A stretch of 64,000 nucleotides of DNA. Source: Candidatus Scatovivens sp. Its GTDB lineage: Bacteria; Bacillota; Clostridia; TANB77; CAG-508. The stretch is taken from positions 39,652-103,651 of the forward strand of contig JAZRKN010000007.1 of assembly GCA_045646345.1 (NCBI GenBank), in the 5' to 3' direction. Shown piece by piece: positions 19,970-30,097 of this stretch. The notes beneath the pieces were generated by a model. The model saw only the letters and a list, made by a program, of their open reading frames with translations, made no database searches and was not told the origin of the DNA. The position numbers were made by a program, and so were the translations under genes. How positions within the stretch are numbered: position 1 is the first letter of the stretch; each line of letters starts with the position of its first letter.

Positions 19970-21307
19970 ATGAATAAAATTTTAATAGCAAATAGAGGAG
20001 AAATTGCTGTTCGCATAATTAGAGCGTGTAAAGAAATGAATATAAAGACGGTTGCAGTTTATTCAGAGGCAGATAAAGATTCTTTACATACAAAACTTGC
20101 TGATGAAGCAGTTTGTATAGGACCAGCAAATTCAGGAAAAAGTTATCTAAATATCAGAAATATAATTGAAGCAGCTAGAATAACTAATTCAGACAGTATT
20201 CATCCAGGATTTGGATTCTTGTCTGAAAATTCACAATTTGCAAATATTTGTAAAGAATCAAATATTAAATTTATAGGACCAGAACCTGAGATTATAGATT
20301 TGCTAGGAAATAAATCCAACGCAAAAGAAATGATGAAAAAAGCAGGAGTTCCAGTAATACCTGGTTCAGATGGCAGTATTAAAGGTTTAAAAGATGCTCT
20401 TTGTATTGCGGAAAAAATTGGTTATCCAGTTATTTTAAAAGCTGCTGCTGGTGGTGGAGGAAAAGGAATTAGAATTGCCAATAATCCAGAAGAACTTGAA
20501 AACGGATATAATATAGTAAAACAGGAGGCAAAAATTTCTTTTAATGACGATGAGATTTATATTGAAAAATTTATAGTGAACCCAAGACATGTTGAAATTC
20601 AAATTTTAGCAGATGAATATGGAAATATAATACATTTGGGTGAAAGAGATTGTTCAATACAAAGAAAACATCAAAAAATGATTGAAGAAACTCCTTCAAC
20701 AACTATTGATGATAAGTTAAGAAATAAAATGGGAGATGCGGCTGTAAAAGCTGCAAAGATCGCAAATTATACAAATTGTGGAACGGTTGAATTTTTGGTA
20801 GATAAAGATAAAAATTTTTATTTCATGGAAATGAATACAAGAATTCAAGTTGAACATCCAATAACAGAAATGAGAACTGGTATTGATATTGTTAAAGAGC
20901 AAATAAAGATTGCAGGAGGAGAACGCTTAAAAATAAAACAAAAAGAAATAGAATTTAAAGGCCATTCAATAGAATGTAGAATAAATGCAGAAATGCCTTC
21001 AAAAAATTTTATGCCGTGCCCAGGAAGAATAACAGGATTAAATTTGCCAGGAGGAAATGGAATAAGAATAGATACAGCAATTTATGAAGGGTATACAATA
21101 CCGCCGTATTATGATTCGATGATTGCTAAAATTATTGCTTATGGAACAACAAGAAATGAAGCGATTGCTAAAATGAAAAGAGCGTTAGAAGAGTTAGTTA
21201 TCGAGGGAATCGAAACAAATAGAGATTTTTTATTTGAGATTATAAGAAATCCGGATTTTATTAGAGGAAATTTTGACACAAGTTTTATTGAAAAAATGAT
21301 ATTTTAG
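19970..21307 (+). CDS. accC: Biotin carboxylase
   Basis: [36 protein letters not shown]. Confidence 0.96.
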   Translation: MNKILIANRGEIAVRIIRACKEMNIKTVAVYSEADKDSLHTKLADEAVCIGPANSGKSYLNIRNIIEAARITNSDSIHPGFGFLSENSQFANICKESNIKFIGPEPEIIDLLGNKSNAKEMMKKAGVPVIPGSDGSIKGLKDALCIAEKIGYPVILKAAAGGGGKGIRIANNPEELENGYNIVKQEAKISFNDDEIYIEKFIVNPRHVEIQILADEYGNIIHLGERDCSIQRKHQKMIEETPSTTIDDKLRNKMGDAAVKAAKIANYTNCGTVEFLVDKDKNFYFMEMNTRIQVEHPITEMRTGIDIVKEQIKIAGGERLKIKQKEIEFKGHSIECRINAEMPSKNFMPCPGRITGLNLPGGNGIRIDTAIYEGYTIPPYYDSMIAKIIAYGTTRNEAIAKMKRALEELVIEGIETNRDFLFEIIRNPDFIRGNFDTSFIEKMIF

Positions 21308-21319
21308 AAAGGATAAAAT

Positions 21320-22156
21320 ATGATTGTTGATAAAATAAAAAAGAGAGAACCATCGAGAAAAAAGAAAACGAATATTGTAGATGTACCAATTGGGAAATGG
21401 GTTAAATGTGAAGAATGTAAAGAAATTATTTACAAAGAAACTTTACAAAACAATTTAAATATTTGTCCTTATTGCGGTCATTATTTTAGAGTTCATATCA
21501 ATAGAAGATTAGAACAAATAATTGATGCTGGGACATATGAAGAATTTGATTTAAAGATTGATACAAGTAATCCTTTAGAAATGGAGGAATACGAAAAAAA
21601 ATTAAAAACATTAAGAGAAAAAACAGGATTGGACGAAGCTGTAAGTTGTGGAATTGGAAAGATTAATGGAGAAGCAACTGTTATTTGTATTATGGACAGC
21701 GGATTCTTAATGGGAAGTATGGGAGTTGTAGTTGGTGAAAAAATTACATATTCAATTGAGAAAGCTATTGAAAAAAGGCTACCAATAATTATTTTTTCAG
21801 TATCTGGTGGAGCAAGAATGCAAGAGGGAATTATGTCTTTGATGCAAATGGCAAAAACAACAGCAGCTCTTTCCAAGCTTGATGAAGCGGGCCTTTTGTA
21901 TATATCAGTTTTGACAGATCCAACTTATGGTGGAGTTACAGCTTCTTTTGCAAGTTTGGGGGATATTGTTTTAGCAGAACCTAAAGCTATGATTGGATTC
22001 GCTGGTCCGAGAGTTATACAACAAACTATTGGCGAAGAGTTACCAGATGGATTTCAAACTGCAGAATTTTTATTAGAACATGGTTTTATAGATAAAATTG
22101 TAGAAAGAAAAGATTTAAAAAATACACTTTCAAAATTAATAAAATTTAATAAATAA
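21320..22156 (+). CDS. accD: Acetyl-CoA carboxyltransferase beta
   Basis: WVKCEEC...CPYC zinc finger, [17 protein letters not shown]. Confidence 0.96.
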   Translation: MIVDKIKKREPSRKKKTNIVDVPIGKWVKCEECKEIIYKETLQNNLNICPYCGHYFRVHINRRLEQIIDAGTYEEFDLKIDTSNPLEMEEYEKKLKTLREKTGLDEAVSCGIGKINGEATVICIMDSGFLMGSMGVVVGEKITYSIEKAIEKRLPIIIFSVSGGARMQEGIMSLMQMAKTTAALSKLDEAGLLYISVLTDPTYGGVTASFASLGDIVLAEPKAMIGFAGPRVIQQTIGEELPDGFQTAEFLLEHGFIDKIVERKDLKNTLSKLIKFNK

Positions 22157-22168
22157 GGAAGGAAATTT

Positions 22169-22981
22169 ATGGGTAAAAAAATCACCGCTTGGGAAAGAGT
22201 TGAAATTGCTCGAAATCCAAAAAGAAAAACTGCAATTGAATATGTTGAAAATATTTTTGACGAATTTATAGAACTTCATGGAGACAGAAGTTTTAAAGAT
22301 GATAAAGCGATTGTTTGTGGATTAGCAAGAATTGGAGAACAAAATTTTACTATAATTGCTGAACAAAAAGGTAGAAATACTAAAGAAAATATTGAAAGAA
22401 ATTTCGGTATGCCAAATCCTGAAAGTTATAGAAAAGCTATTAGATTTATGAAACAAGCAGAAAAATTTAATAGACCGATTATTACTTTTGTTGATACAAA
22501 AGGAGCTTATCCAGGAATTGGTGCTGAAGAAAGAGGTCAAGGAGAAGCAATTGCAAAATCGATGTTCGAAATGGCAAAACTTAAAATTCCAGTATTATGT
22601 TTTATAATAGGAGAAGGGTCTAGTGGCGGTGCTTTAGCGATTGCTGTTGGAAATAAGGTATATATGCTTGAAAATGCAGTATATTCAATATTATCTCCGG
22701 AAGGATATAGTAGTATTTTGTGGAAAGATTCTTCTAGAGCCAAAGAAGCAGCTGAAAAAATGAAATTGACAGCACAAGATTTATATGATTTAAATGTAAT
22801 TGATAAAATTATAAAAGAACCAATTAAGGGAGATAATGAATCTTTTGAAAAAGTTTGTAAAGATATAAAGAAACAAATAATCTCAGAAATTACGAAAATG
22901 AAAAATAAGACAGAAAAAGAAATTGTAGAAGAAAGATATCAGAAATTTAGAAATATGGGCGAAATTATTGCTCTAACTTAA
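22169..22981 (+). CDS. accA: Acetyl-CoA carboxyltransferase alpha
   Basis: FIELHGDR, GAYPGIGAEERGQ, SPEG. Confidence 0.96.
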   Translation: MGKKITAWERVEIARNPKRKTAIEYVENIFDEFIELHGDRSFKDDKAIVCGLARIGEQNFTIIAEQKGRNTKENIERNFGMPNPESYRKAIRFMKQAEKFNRPIITFVDTKGAYPGIGAEERGQGEAIAKSMFEMAKLKIPVLCFIIGEGSSGGALAIAVGNKVYMLENAVYSILSPEGYSSILWKDSSRAKEAAEKMKLTAQDLYDLNVIDKIIKEPIKGDNESFEKVCKDIKKQIISEITKMKNKTEKEIVEERYQKFRNMGEIIALT

Positions 22982-23017
22982 AATAATAATAATTTATAAA
23001 ATAAGGAGGAAAATCAG

Positions 23018-23791
23018 GTGATACTAAAAGATAAAAAAATATTAATAATGGGAATTAGGAATAAATGGAGTATTGCTTATGGAATTGCAAAATCTGCTTA
23101 TGAACATGGAGCAAAATTAATGTTCACATTTATGGGCGAAGAAAATAAAAGTAAAATAGAAGAACTTACAAAAGAATTTGAGGGAAGCAAACTTTATACA
23201 TTAGATGGTGCTTCTGAAGATGATTTAGTAAAAGAAGTTTTTACAAAAATTAAAGAAGAAAACGGAAAAATTGATGGAATAGTTCATGCTATAGCTCATG
23301 CTAACACTGAAGATTTACACAATGATTTTATTTATACAGGAAAAGATGGATTTTCTCATGCAAGTGAAGTGAGTGCATATTCGTTTGTATTAGCAGCAAG
23401 AATGGCAAAGGAATTAGATTTGCTAAATGACAATGCAAGTTTAGTAACATTAACTTATTATGGTTCAACTAAAGTTATATCTGGTTATAATGTAATGGGA
23501 GTTGCTAAAGCTGCATTAGAAACAAGTGTTAGATATTTGGCTGAAAATTTAGGTAGAGAAGGAATTAGAGTTAATGCAATTTCAGCAGGGCCAATTAAAA
23601 CATTATCTGCTAAGGGAATTAAAGATTTTTCAGAATCTTTATCAATAGTTGAAGAAAAATCACCATTACATAGAAATGTAACAACAACACAAGTTGGAAA
23701 TGTTGCGACATTTTTATTAAGTGGAATGTCTGATGCAATAACAGGTCAGATAATTTATGCAGATAGTGGTTTTAATATTATAGGAATGTAA
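23018..23791 (+). CDS. fabI: Enoyl-ACP reductase FabI
   Basis: NKWSIAYGIA, YNVMGVAKAALE, ISAGPIKTL; GTG start with GGAGG. Confidence 0.9.
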   Translation: MILKDKKILIMGIRNKWSIAYGIAKSAYEHGAKLMFTFMGEENKSKIEELTKEFEGSKLYTLDGASEDDLVKEVFTKIKEENGKIDGIVHAIAHANTEDLHNDFIYTGKDGFSHASEVSAYSFVLAARMAKELDLLNDNASLVTLTYYGSTKVISGYNVMGVAKAALETSVRYLAENLGREGIRVNAISAGPIKTLSAKGIKDFSESLSIVEEKSPLHRNVTTTQVGNVATFLLSGMSDAITGQIIYADSGFNIIGM

Positions 23792-23810
23792 TATAATAAA
23801 AAATAAACTT

Positions 23811-23828
23811 ATACTGAGAGGTCAGTAT
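23811..23828. promoter_or_regulatory. Putative fatty-acid regulon operator, copy 2 (perfect palindrome)
   Basis: atactga-gagg-tcagtat upstream of acpP. Confidence 0.6.
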
Positions 23829-23908
23829 GATAGATTTTTAATGAAATTATTGATATAAATAATATGTAGATACAATAAATCTATAAAAAACAATTAGGAG
23901 GAATTAAG

Positions 23909-24148
23909 ATGCAAGAAGTAGAAATATTAGAAAGATTAACAAAAATTATAGTAGAACAATTAGGAGTTGAAGAAGAAATAGTAAAACCAGAAGCAACATT
24001 TGTTGAAGACTTATCAGCAGACTCATTAGATATAGTTGAATTAGTTATGGGAATTGAAGATGAGTTTGAAATTGAAATACCAGATCAAGCAGCAGAAAAT
24101 ATAGTAACAGTTCAAGATGTTATTGATTATATAAAAAACAATAAATAA
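23909..24148 (+). CDS. acpP: Acyl carrier protein
   Basis: [14 protein letters not shown]; acidic, 79 aa. Confidence 0.96.
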   Translation: MQEVEILERLTKIIVEQLGVEEEIVKPEATFVEDLSADSLDIVELVMGIEDEFEIEIPDQAAENIVTVQDVIDYIKNNK

Positions 24149-24174
24149 TATATTGTAAAAAAAGAACACCCCAA

Positions 24175-24211
24175 AAAGGAACTTGGATATTAAAAATCTA
24201 AGTTCTTTTTT
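24175..24211 (+). terminator. Rho-independent terminator after acpP
   Basis: aaggaacttggat...atctaagttcttttt. Confidence 0.7.
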
Positions 24212-24309
24212 ATTGAATAAAAAAATAGAATAAATCATATAAATTAAAAATGAACCCCAAACCTAGTAACAAAAACCAGATGCGGTAATAGAGGAAATAA
24301 AAAAATATA

Positions 24310-24360
24310 GTTTCGACCACTCAGTCTAATATTTACAAAAAACTTATTGTATATTATAAT
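24310..24360 (+). promoter_or_regulatory. Putative operator copy 3 plus sigma-A promoter of the second acyl-AMP ligase
   Basis: gtttcgaccactcagtctaat (24310-24330) abutting TTTACA-17 bp-TATAAT (24332-24360). Confidence 0.62.
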
Positions 24361-24412
24361 CACAGTGAAACATATCTATAAGATGTTTCTTTAGATGAAA
24401 GGAAGATAGAAT

Positions 24413-26137
24413 ATGAGATCAGAAAAAATATTTAATGCTCCAGAAGTTCAAAACATGAAAGAAGTAATTTATAACGCAGTAAAAAATTATAGTGATAACA
24501 TTGCGTTTGTAATAAAACATCAAAATGGAAAAGATTTCGAATATGAAAATGTAACTTATAAAAGATTTTTAGAAGATATTAACAAATTAGGGACTGCTAT
24601 TTATAAATTAGGATTAAAAGGAAAAAGAATAGCTATAATTGGAAAAAATAGATATGAATGGGCCTTAGCTCATATATCAAATTTACTTGGAGGAATTGTA
24701 TCTGTTCCACTAGATAAAGATTTACAATATGATGAACTTGAAAGATCTTTAATCAGAAGTAAAGCCGATGCTATTTTCTTTGATGAAAAAGTAACAGAAA
24801 ATATTATTAAAATAAGAAATTCTGAAAAAACAAATTTAAAAGAATTCATTTGTATGACTGAAAACAAAGGATTTTCTTCTATTACAGAATTATTAAAAGT
24901 AGGAGAGAGAGAACTTGAAAATGCTAATAATAGTTATATAAATGCAGAAATTGATAATGATGCATTAGCAATTCTATTATTTACTTCAGGAACAACTGCT
25001 CAATCAAAAGCGGTTATGCTTTCACACAGAAATGTTGCTGTAAATGTTCATGATTTACAATGTATGGAAGATATAAATTCGAATGATACTAGTATTGCGC
25101 TATTACCTTTCCACCATATATTTGGTTCAACATGTATGGCTTATACTTTATCATGTGGTGTAAAAATAGTTTTTGCTGATGGTTTAAGATATGTAAAACA
25201 AAACTTAGTAGAATATAAAGTAACAATGTTTGTTGGAGTTCCGCTTCTTATGGAATCAATTTATAAAGCGGTTATGAAAGAAATCGAAAAACAAGGTAAA
25301 ACTAAATTAATAAAAATAGCGACACCAATTACTAATTTCTTATTAAAATTAGGAATTGATGTAAGAAGAAAAATTTATAAAGCAGTTATCGATGGTTTAG
25401 GTGGAGCTTTAAGATTAGTAATAATTGGTGGAGCACCAGCTGATCCTAAAGTATTACAAGCATTTGATGATTTTGGTATAATAACACTTCAAGGATATGG
25501 TCTTTCAGAGACTTCTCCAGTTGTTTGTGCAGAAAATGTTAAAGTAAAAAGAAATGGAACTTGTGGAACTCCAATGCCAAGTTTTGAAGTAGAAATTGTT
25601 AATAAAGACGAACAAGGAATTGGCGAAATTAGAGCAAAAGGACCATGTGTAATGCTTGGATATTATGAAATGCCAGAGCAAACAGCTGAGGTATTAAAAG
25701 ATGGATGGTTTTATACAGGAGATTTAGGATATTTTGATTTAAAAGGATGTCTTCATATAACAGGAAGAAATAAAAATATGATAGTTTTAGCTAATGGTAA
25801 AAAAGTATTCCCAGAAGAACTTGAAACTTTAGTAAATAGATTGGAATTAGTTGAAGAGTCAATGGTATTTGGTTTACCATCTGATGATGATAAAAATGAT
25901 GTTAAATTATCTGTGAAAGTTGTTTATAACAAAGAAGTTGCAGACAATAAATATCCTGGAAAATCAGAAGAAGAATTACACAAAATTTTATGGGAACAAA
26001 TTAAAGAAATTAACAAAACATTTCCAAAATACAAATATATTCAAAACATGATTTTAACAGATAAAGAATTAATCAAAACAACTACTAAAAAAGTAAAAAG
26101 ACAAGAAGAAATGAAATTAATTTTAAATAATAAATAA
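24413..26137 (+). CDS. Long-chain fatty acid--CoA/ACP ligase (AMP-binding), paralog 2
   Basis: FTSGTT, GYGLSETSP, WFYTGDLG, NGKKVFPEE. Confidence 0.9.
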   Translation: MRSEKIFNAPEVQNMKEVIYNAVKNYSDNIAFVIKHQNGKDFEYENVTYKRFLEDINKLGTAIYKLGLKGKRIAIIGKNRYEWALAHISNLLGGIVSVPLDKDLQYDELERSLIRSKADAIFFDEKVTENIIKIRNSEKTNLKEFICMTENKGFSSITELLKVGERELENANNSYINAEIDNDALAILLFTSGTTAQSKAVMLSHRNVAVNVHDLQCMEDINSNDTSIALLPFHHIFGSTCMAYTLSCGVKIVFADGLRYVKQNLVEYKVTMFVGVPLLMESIYKAVMKEIEKQGKTKLIKIATPITNFLLKLGIDVRRKIYKAVIDGLGGALRLVIIGGAPADPKVLQAFDDFGIITLQGYGLSETSPVVCAENVKVKRNGTCGTPMPSFEVEIVNKDEQGIGEIRAKGPCVMLGYYEMPEQTAEVLKDGWFYTGDLGYFDLKGCLHITGRNKNMIVLANGKKVFPEELETLVNRLELVEESMVFGLPSDDDKNDVKLSVKVVYNKEVADNKYPGKSEEELHKILWEQIKEINKTFPKYKYIQNMILTDKELIKTTTKKVKRQEEMKLILNNK

Positions 26138-26142
26138 TTTTT

Positions 26143-26171
26143 AAAAACCGAGAATTTTTCTCGGTTTTTTT
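26143..26171 (+). terminator. Rho-independent terminator
   Basis: aaaaaccgagaa/ttctcggttttt. Confidence 0.8.
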
Positions 26172-26227
26172 ACTGCTATTGAAAAAAGTATTTGTAAGAA
26201 TTATAATAAAAAAGAGGTGACTAATTT

Positions 26228-27343
26228 ATGAAAAAAAGATTTTTGATATTGTATCTAGTTGCAATACTTTTAGGAATATTAATGCTTGGAATATATATTC
26301 TTAAAATTGAATTTGGTTATAAATTAAAATTTGTAAAACCAAGATATGAAACATCACAAGTATATTCAAAAACATTAAATAATTATGAAGCGGATACAAT
26401 TTGGTGCGGCACATTTCAACTTGCTTGGAATGAACTGATGGATTATGTTGGTGGAAATGTTGAGTTTGAAAATATTGAAAAATTTATTGTAAATGAGCTT
26501 AATGAAAGAAAATTTACAAAAGATATGATTTCAGAAAATAGTTACTATGTAAAAGCAGAAAAGGCATCAAAAAGTTTAAAAGAAGAAATAGATAATGATT
26601 TAAAACAAAAATTTAATATAGAAGATGGCGCTAAGATTCTTGAAGGACAAGAATTAGAAAATTCAAATGGAATTTTAATATATTCAATGCTAAAAAAGAA
26701 CTTTACTTTTTTAGAAAAATTTGATGACTTAGAAGCAATGACTTTTATTGATAAAGAAGAAAATTCTTCAAAAGTAAAAGTATTTGGTATAGATGAAGAT
26801 AGTGATTCAAAATTATATGATAATGTCGAAGTTTTATATTGGGATTATAAAAATTTAGATAATATGGGAGTTATATCAAATGAATTTGCTGTAAAATTAA
26901 AAACTAAAGAAAATGAAGATGTTATTTTATATAGAACAGATAAGATAGATACTTTTGAAAATTTATATAATGAACTAAAAAGTTTATCAGATAGTTTTGA
27001 CGGAGAGAAAAAATTTACAGAAATAGATACTTTAACTGTTCCTTGTATAGATATTGATGTAAATATTGCTTACGACGAATTATGTAATAATATAATAAAA
27101 AATACTGATGGTGAATATATAGCAAAAGCTGTTCAAAATATTAAATTTAATTTAAATAGTGAAGGTGGATTGATATTTAGCGAAGCAGCAATTATAACAG
27201 ATGCATTATCTGCGCCAAGATTGGATTCGAGATATTTTAGTTTTAATAAACCTTTTATAATTTTTGTTAAAGAAGTAGATAAAGAAAAACCATATTTTGC
27301 TATGAAAATTGAAACATCAGAATATCTACAAGTAGAAAAATAA
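26228..27343 (+). CDS. Membrane-anchored protein with serpin-like C-terminus
   Basis: N-terminal TM; C-terminal QNIKFNLNSEGG...SEAAI...FSFNKPFIIFVKE...PYFAMKI resembles the serpin hinge/signature region. Confidence 0.5.
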   Translation: MKKRFLILYLVAILLGILMLGIYILKIEFGYKLKFVKPRYETSQVYSKTLNNYEADTIWCGTFQLAWNELMDYVGGNVEFENIEKFIVNELNERKFTKDMISENSYYVKAEKASKSLKEEIDNDLKQKFNIEDGAKILEGQELENSNGILIYSMLKKNFTFLEKFDDLEAMTFIDKEENSSKVKVFGIDEDSDSKLYDNVEVLYWDYKNLDNMGVISNEFAVKLKTKENEDVILYRTDKIDTFENLYNELKSLSDSFDGEKKFTEIDTLTVPCIDIDVNIAYDELCNNIIKNTDGEYIAKAVQNIKFNLNSEGGLIFSEAAIITDALSAPRLDSRYFSFNKPFIIFVKEVDKEKPYFAMKIETSEYLQVEK

Positions 27344-27498
27344 AATTTTATAATAAATGCATATATAAGAGTTGCAATAAATTGCAACTCTTTGTTGATA
27401 TAAAAAATAGTATATGATATAAAAAAATTATAAAAAAATTTAAATTTTTGAAACCAAAAGGCACTTTGATTTGTATTATTAGTAGATTGGAGGTAAAA

Positions 27499-27975
27499 AT
27501 GCAAAAAGAGATATATTTAAAACAAAAAATAGAACAATATGCAGATATTGTTTATAGAGTTGCTTTAACAAGATGTAAATCAATAGAAACTGCTGAAGAT
27601 ATTTTTCAAGAAGTATTTATGAGATTTAGTGAGAAAAATCCTAAATTTGAAAATGATGAACATGAAAAAGCATGGTTTATTAGAGTTACTATAAATTTAA
27701 CAAAAAATATAAAAGAATCTGCATGGAACAAAAAAGTGGTTAGATTAGACGAAAATATAGTTTTTAGTACTAAAGAAGAAAATGATGTTTATGGAGCGGT
27801 TTGCGAATTACCTCAAAACTATAGAACAGTAATCTACCTATTATACTATGAAGGATACAAAGTGTATGAAATTTCTAAACTTATGAATAAGCCAGAAGGT
27901 ACAATAAAAATTTGGCTTTTTAGAGCTAGGGAAATTTTAAAACAAAAATTAGAAGGAGGTTTTGAAAATGAATAA
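27499..27975 (+). CDS. ECF-type RNA polymerase sigma factor
   Basis: AEDIFQEVF, KAWFIRVTIN, LPQNYRTVIYLLYYEGY...EGTIK..L.RAR. Confidence 0.92.
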   Translation: MQKEIYLKQKIEQYADIVYRVALTRCKSIETAEDIFQEVFMRFSEKNPKFENDEHEKAWFIRVTINLTKNIKESAWNKKVVRLDENIVFSTKEENDVYGAVCELPQNYRTVIYLLYYEGYKVYEISKLMNKPEGTIKIWLFRAREILKQKLEGGFENE

Positions 27976-30064
27976 TAAAGATAATTACCAAAAAGCAGTA
28001 GACCAAATTCATGCTAGCCAAGAGTTAAAAGAAAAAGCTTTTGAAAATGCAAAATATGCTAGTTCAAATAAATATGTTATTTTAAAACTTTTATCAACTT
28101 GTGCAGCAGTTTTTATATTGATTTTATTAGGAATTAATTATTTTAACTTTGATAATAATAATTTTAAAAATCCAAATATTGCAAAAGAACCTATAAATCA
28201 AAGTGAAATAGAAAAAGAAAATATTGTAGAGATAGCTAAACTTCCAAAATTTAAAAGCATGAATGAACTAAAAGATATTATCAAAGAAAATGGTGGATAT
28301 AGCGCTACAGATTATATGGGAAGTGGTGCAAACAAAGAACTTGCTTTTGATACAGCTATTACTGAAAGTGCAGTTTCAACTAATACTAAAGGCGAAAGCA
28401 TAAATTCTCTTTCTAATATAAGAGGAGATTATTCGACAACAAATGTTCAAGTTGAAAATGTCGATGAGGCTGATATTATAAAAACGGATGGTGAATATAT
28501 TTATTATGTTTCAAATAATATGGTTCACATTATAAAAGCTGATACATTAGAAGTTGTTAATGAAATAAATATTGAAAGAGAAGATGAAAGATTTTCAATT
28601 TCGGAAATTTATTTAAATAATGATAAGTTAGTTTTAATAGGAACAAGTCGTTTGAATTTAGAGCCAATTGTGGTAAATGAAATGAACGAAAAAACAAGTT
28701 CAACTATAGCAAGAGTAAATACTGTAAGTAGTGTAAAAGCAATTATTTATAACATTGAAAATAAAAGCGAACCACAAAATATAAGAGAAGTTGCATTAGA
28801 AGGTCGATACATTAATTCTAGAATGATAGGTGGAAATTTATATCTGATAAGTAGAAAAAATGCATTCTACTATGATAAAACAGAAGACTATACAATACTA
28901 CCTAATATCCAAGATACAATTATAGGCACAACAAGGACAATTGATTGTACAGATATAGCTTATTTTGAAGGAACAAAAAACAATAGCTTTATGATGGTGG
29001 GTAGTTTTAATATAAATGATGACGAAGAAGTTTTTGTAGAAACTTTTTTTGGAGCAGGAGAATTAGTTTATGCGAATGAAAAAAATTTATATTTAACACA
29101 TTCTAATTATTCGAATGAAAACAATAATACTACAATTTATAAATTTGCTTTAGATGGAAATAAAATGATTCTAACAGCTCAAGGTGAAGTAAAAGGAACA
29201 TTAAATAATCAATTTTCTATGGATGAATATAATGGTAACTTACGAGTTGCTACAACTTCAACTATTGTAATAAAACCAAATGTAACTGAAGAAATTGGTG
29301 ATGGAATAATGAGAACAACTATAGGAGAATTTACAACAACAAATAATTTGTATGTGTTAAATGAGAATCTAGAAGAAATTGGAAAGATTGAAAATTTAGC
29401 CAATGATGAAAGAATTTATTCAGTAAGATTTATAGGAAAAATTGGTTATATTGTTACATTTAAACAAATAGATCCATTATTTGTAATTGATCTATCAGAT
29501 CCAACAAATCCGGTTGTTAAAGGTGAGTTAAAGATTCCTGGATATAGTTCATACTTACATCCATATGATGAAAATCACATAATAGGAATTGGATATAATA
29601 CAAAAGATAATGGCCATGGTGGTGTTACAAATGCTAATATGAAAATGTCTATGTTTGATGTTTCTGACTTAGAAAATCCAAAAGAAATATTTAATACAGA
29701 CATTGGTGGTGAGTATGCAACTTCAGAAATAATTTATAATCATAAAGCATTATTTTATAAAAAATCTGAAAATTTAATTGGTTTTCCTGTAACATACAGA
29801 GATTATGATTATAGAGATGATAAAAATGGATTTGTAGTTTTCAAAATTGATTTAGAAGAAAATGAATTTGAAAAATATGGAGAAGTATTAAAAGAAAATG
29901 ATTATAGAAGTAATGTACGAAGAGTGATTTATATTGAAGATATTGTTTATGCATTATCTGATATTGGAATAACATCTTACGATTTAAATACTTTTGAAAA
30001 ATTAAATGAAGTTCTTTTAAATAGAAAAGAATATAGTGAAATATATGAAGTTGTTACTTATTAA
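27968..30064 (+). CDS. Beta-propeller domain protein with short cytoplasmic N-terminus and TM (probable anti-sigma/sensor)
   Basis: YSTTNVQVENVDEADIIKTDG, LNNQFSMDEY, VTFKQIDPLFVIDLS, GELKIPGYSSYLHP; overlaps the sigma stop codon. Confidence 0.85.
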   Translation: MNNKDNYQKAVDQIHASQELKEKAFENAKYASSNKYVILKLLSTCAAVFILILLGINYFNFDNNNFKNPNIAKEPINQSEIEKENIVEIAKLPKFKSMNELKDIIKENGGYSATDYMGSGANKELAFDTAITESAVSTNTKGESINSLSNIRGDYSTTNVQVENVDEADIIKTDGEYIYYVSNNMVHIIKADTLEVVNEINIEREDERFSISEIYLNNDKLVLIGTSRLNLEPIVVNEMNEKTSSTIARVNTVSSVKAIIYNIENKSEPQNIREVALEGRYINSRMIGGNLYLISRKNAFYYDKTEDYTILPNIQDTIIGTTRTIDCTDIAYFEGTKNNSFMMVGSFNINDDEEVFVETFFGAGELVYANEKNLYLTHSNYSNENNNTTIYKFALDGNKMILTAQGEVKGTLNNQFSMDEYNGNLRVATTSTIVIKPNVTEEIGDGIMRTTIGEFTTTNNLYVLNENLEEIGKIENLANDERIYSVRFIGKIGYIVTFKQIDPLFVIDLSDPTNPVVKGELKIPGYSSYLHPYDENHIIGIGYNTKDNGHGGVTNANMKMSMFDVSDLENPKEIFNTDIGGEYATSEIIYNHKALFYKKSENLIGFPVTYRDYDYRDDKNGFVVFKIDLEENEFEKYGEVLKENDYRSNVRRVIYIEDIVYALSDIGITSYDLNTFEKLNEVLLNRKEYSEIYEVVTY

Positions 30065-30097
30065 TATATAATAAAAAACATTTAGGAGAGTAATAAT

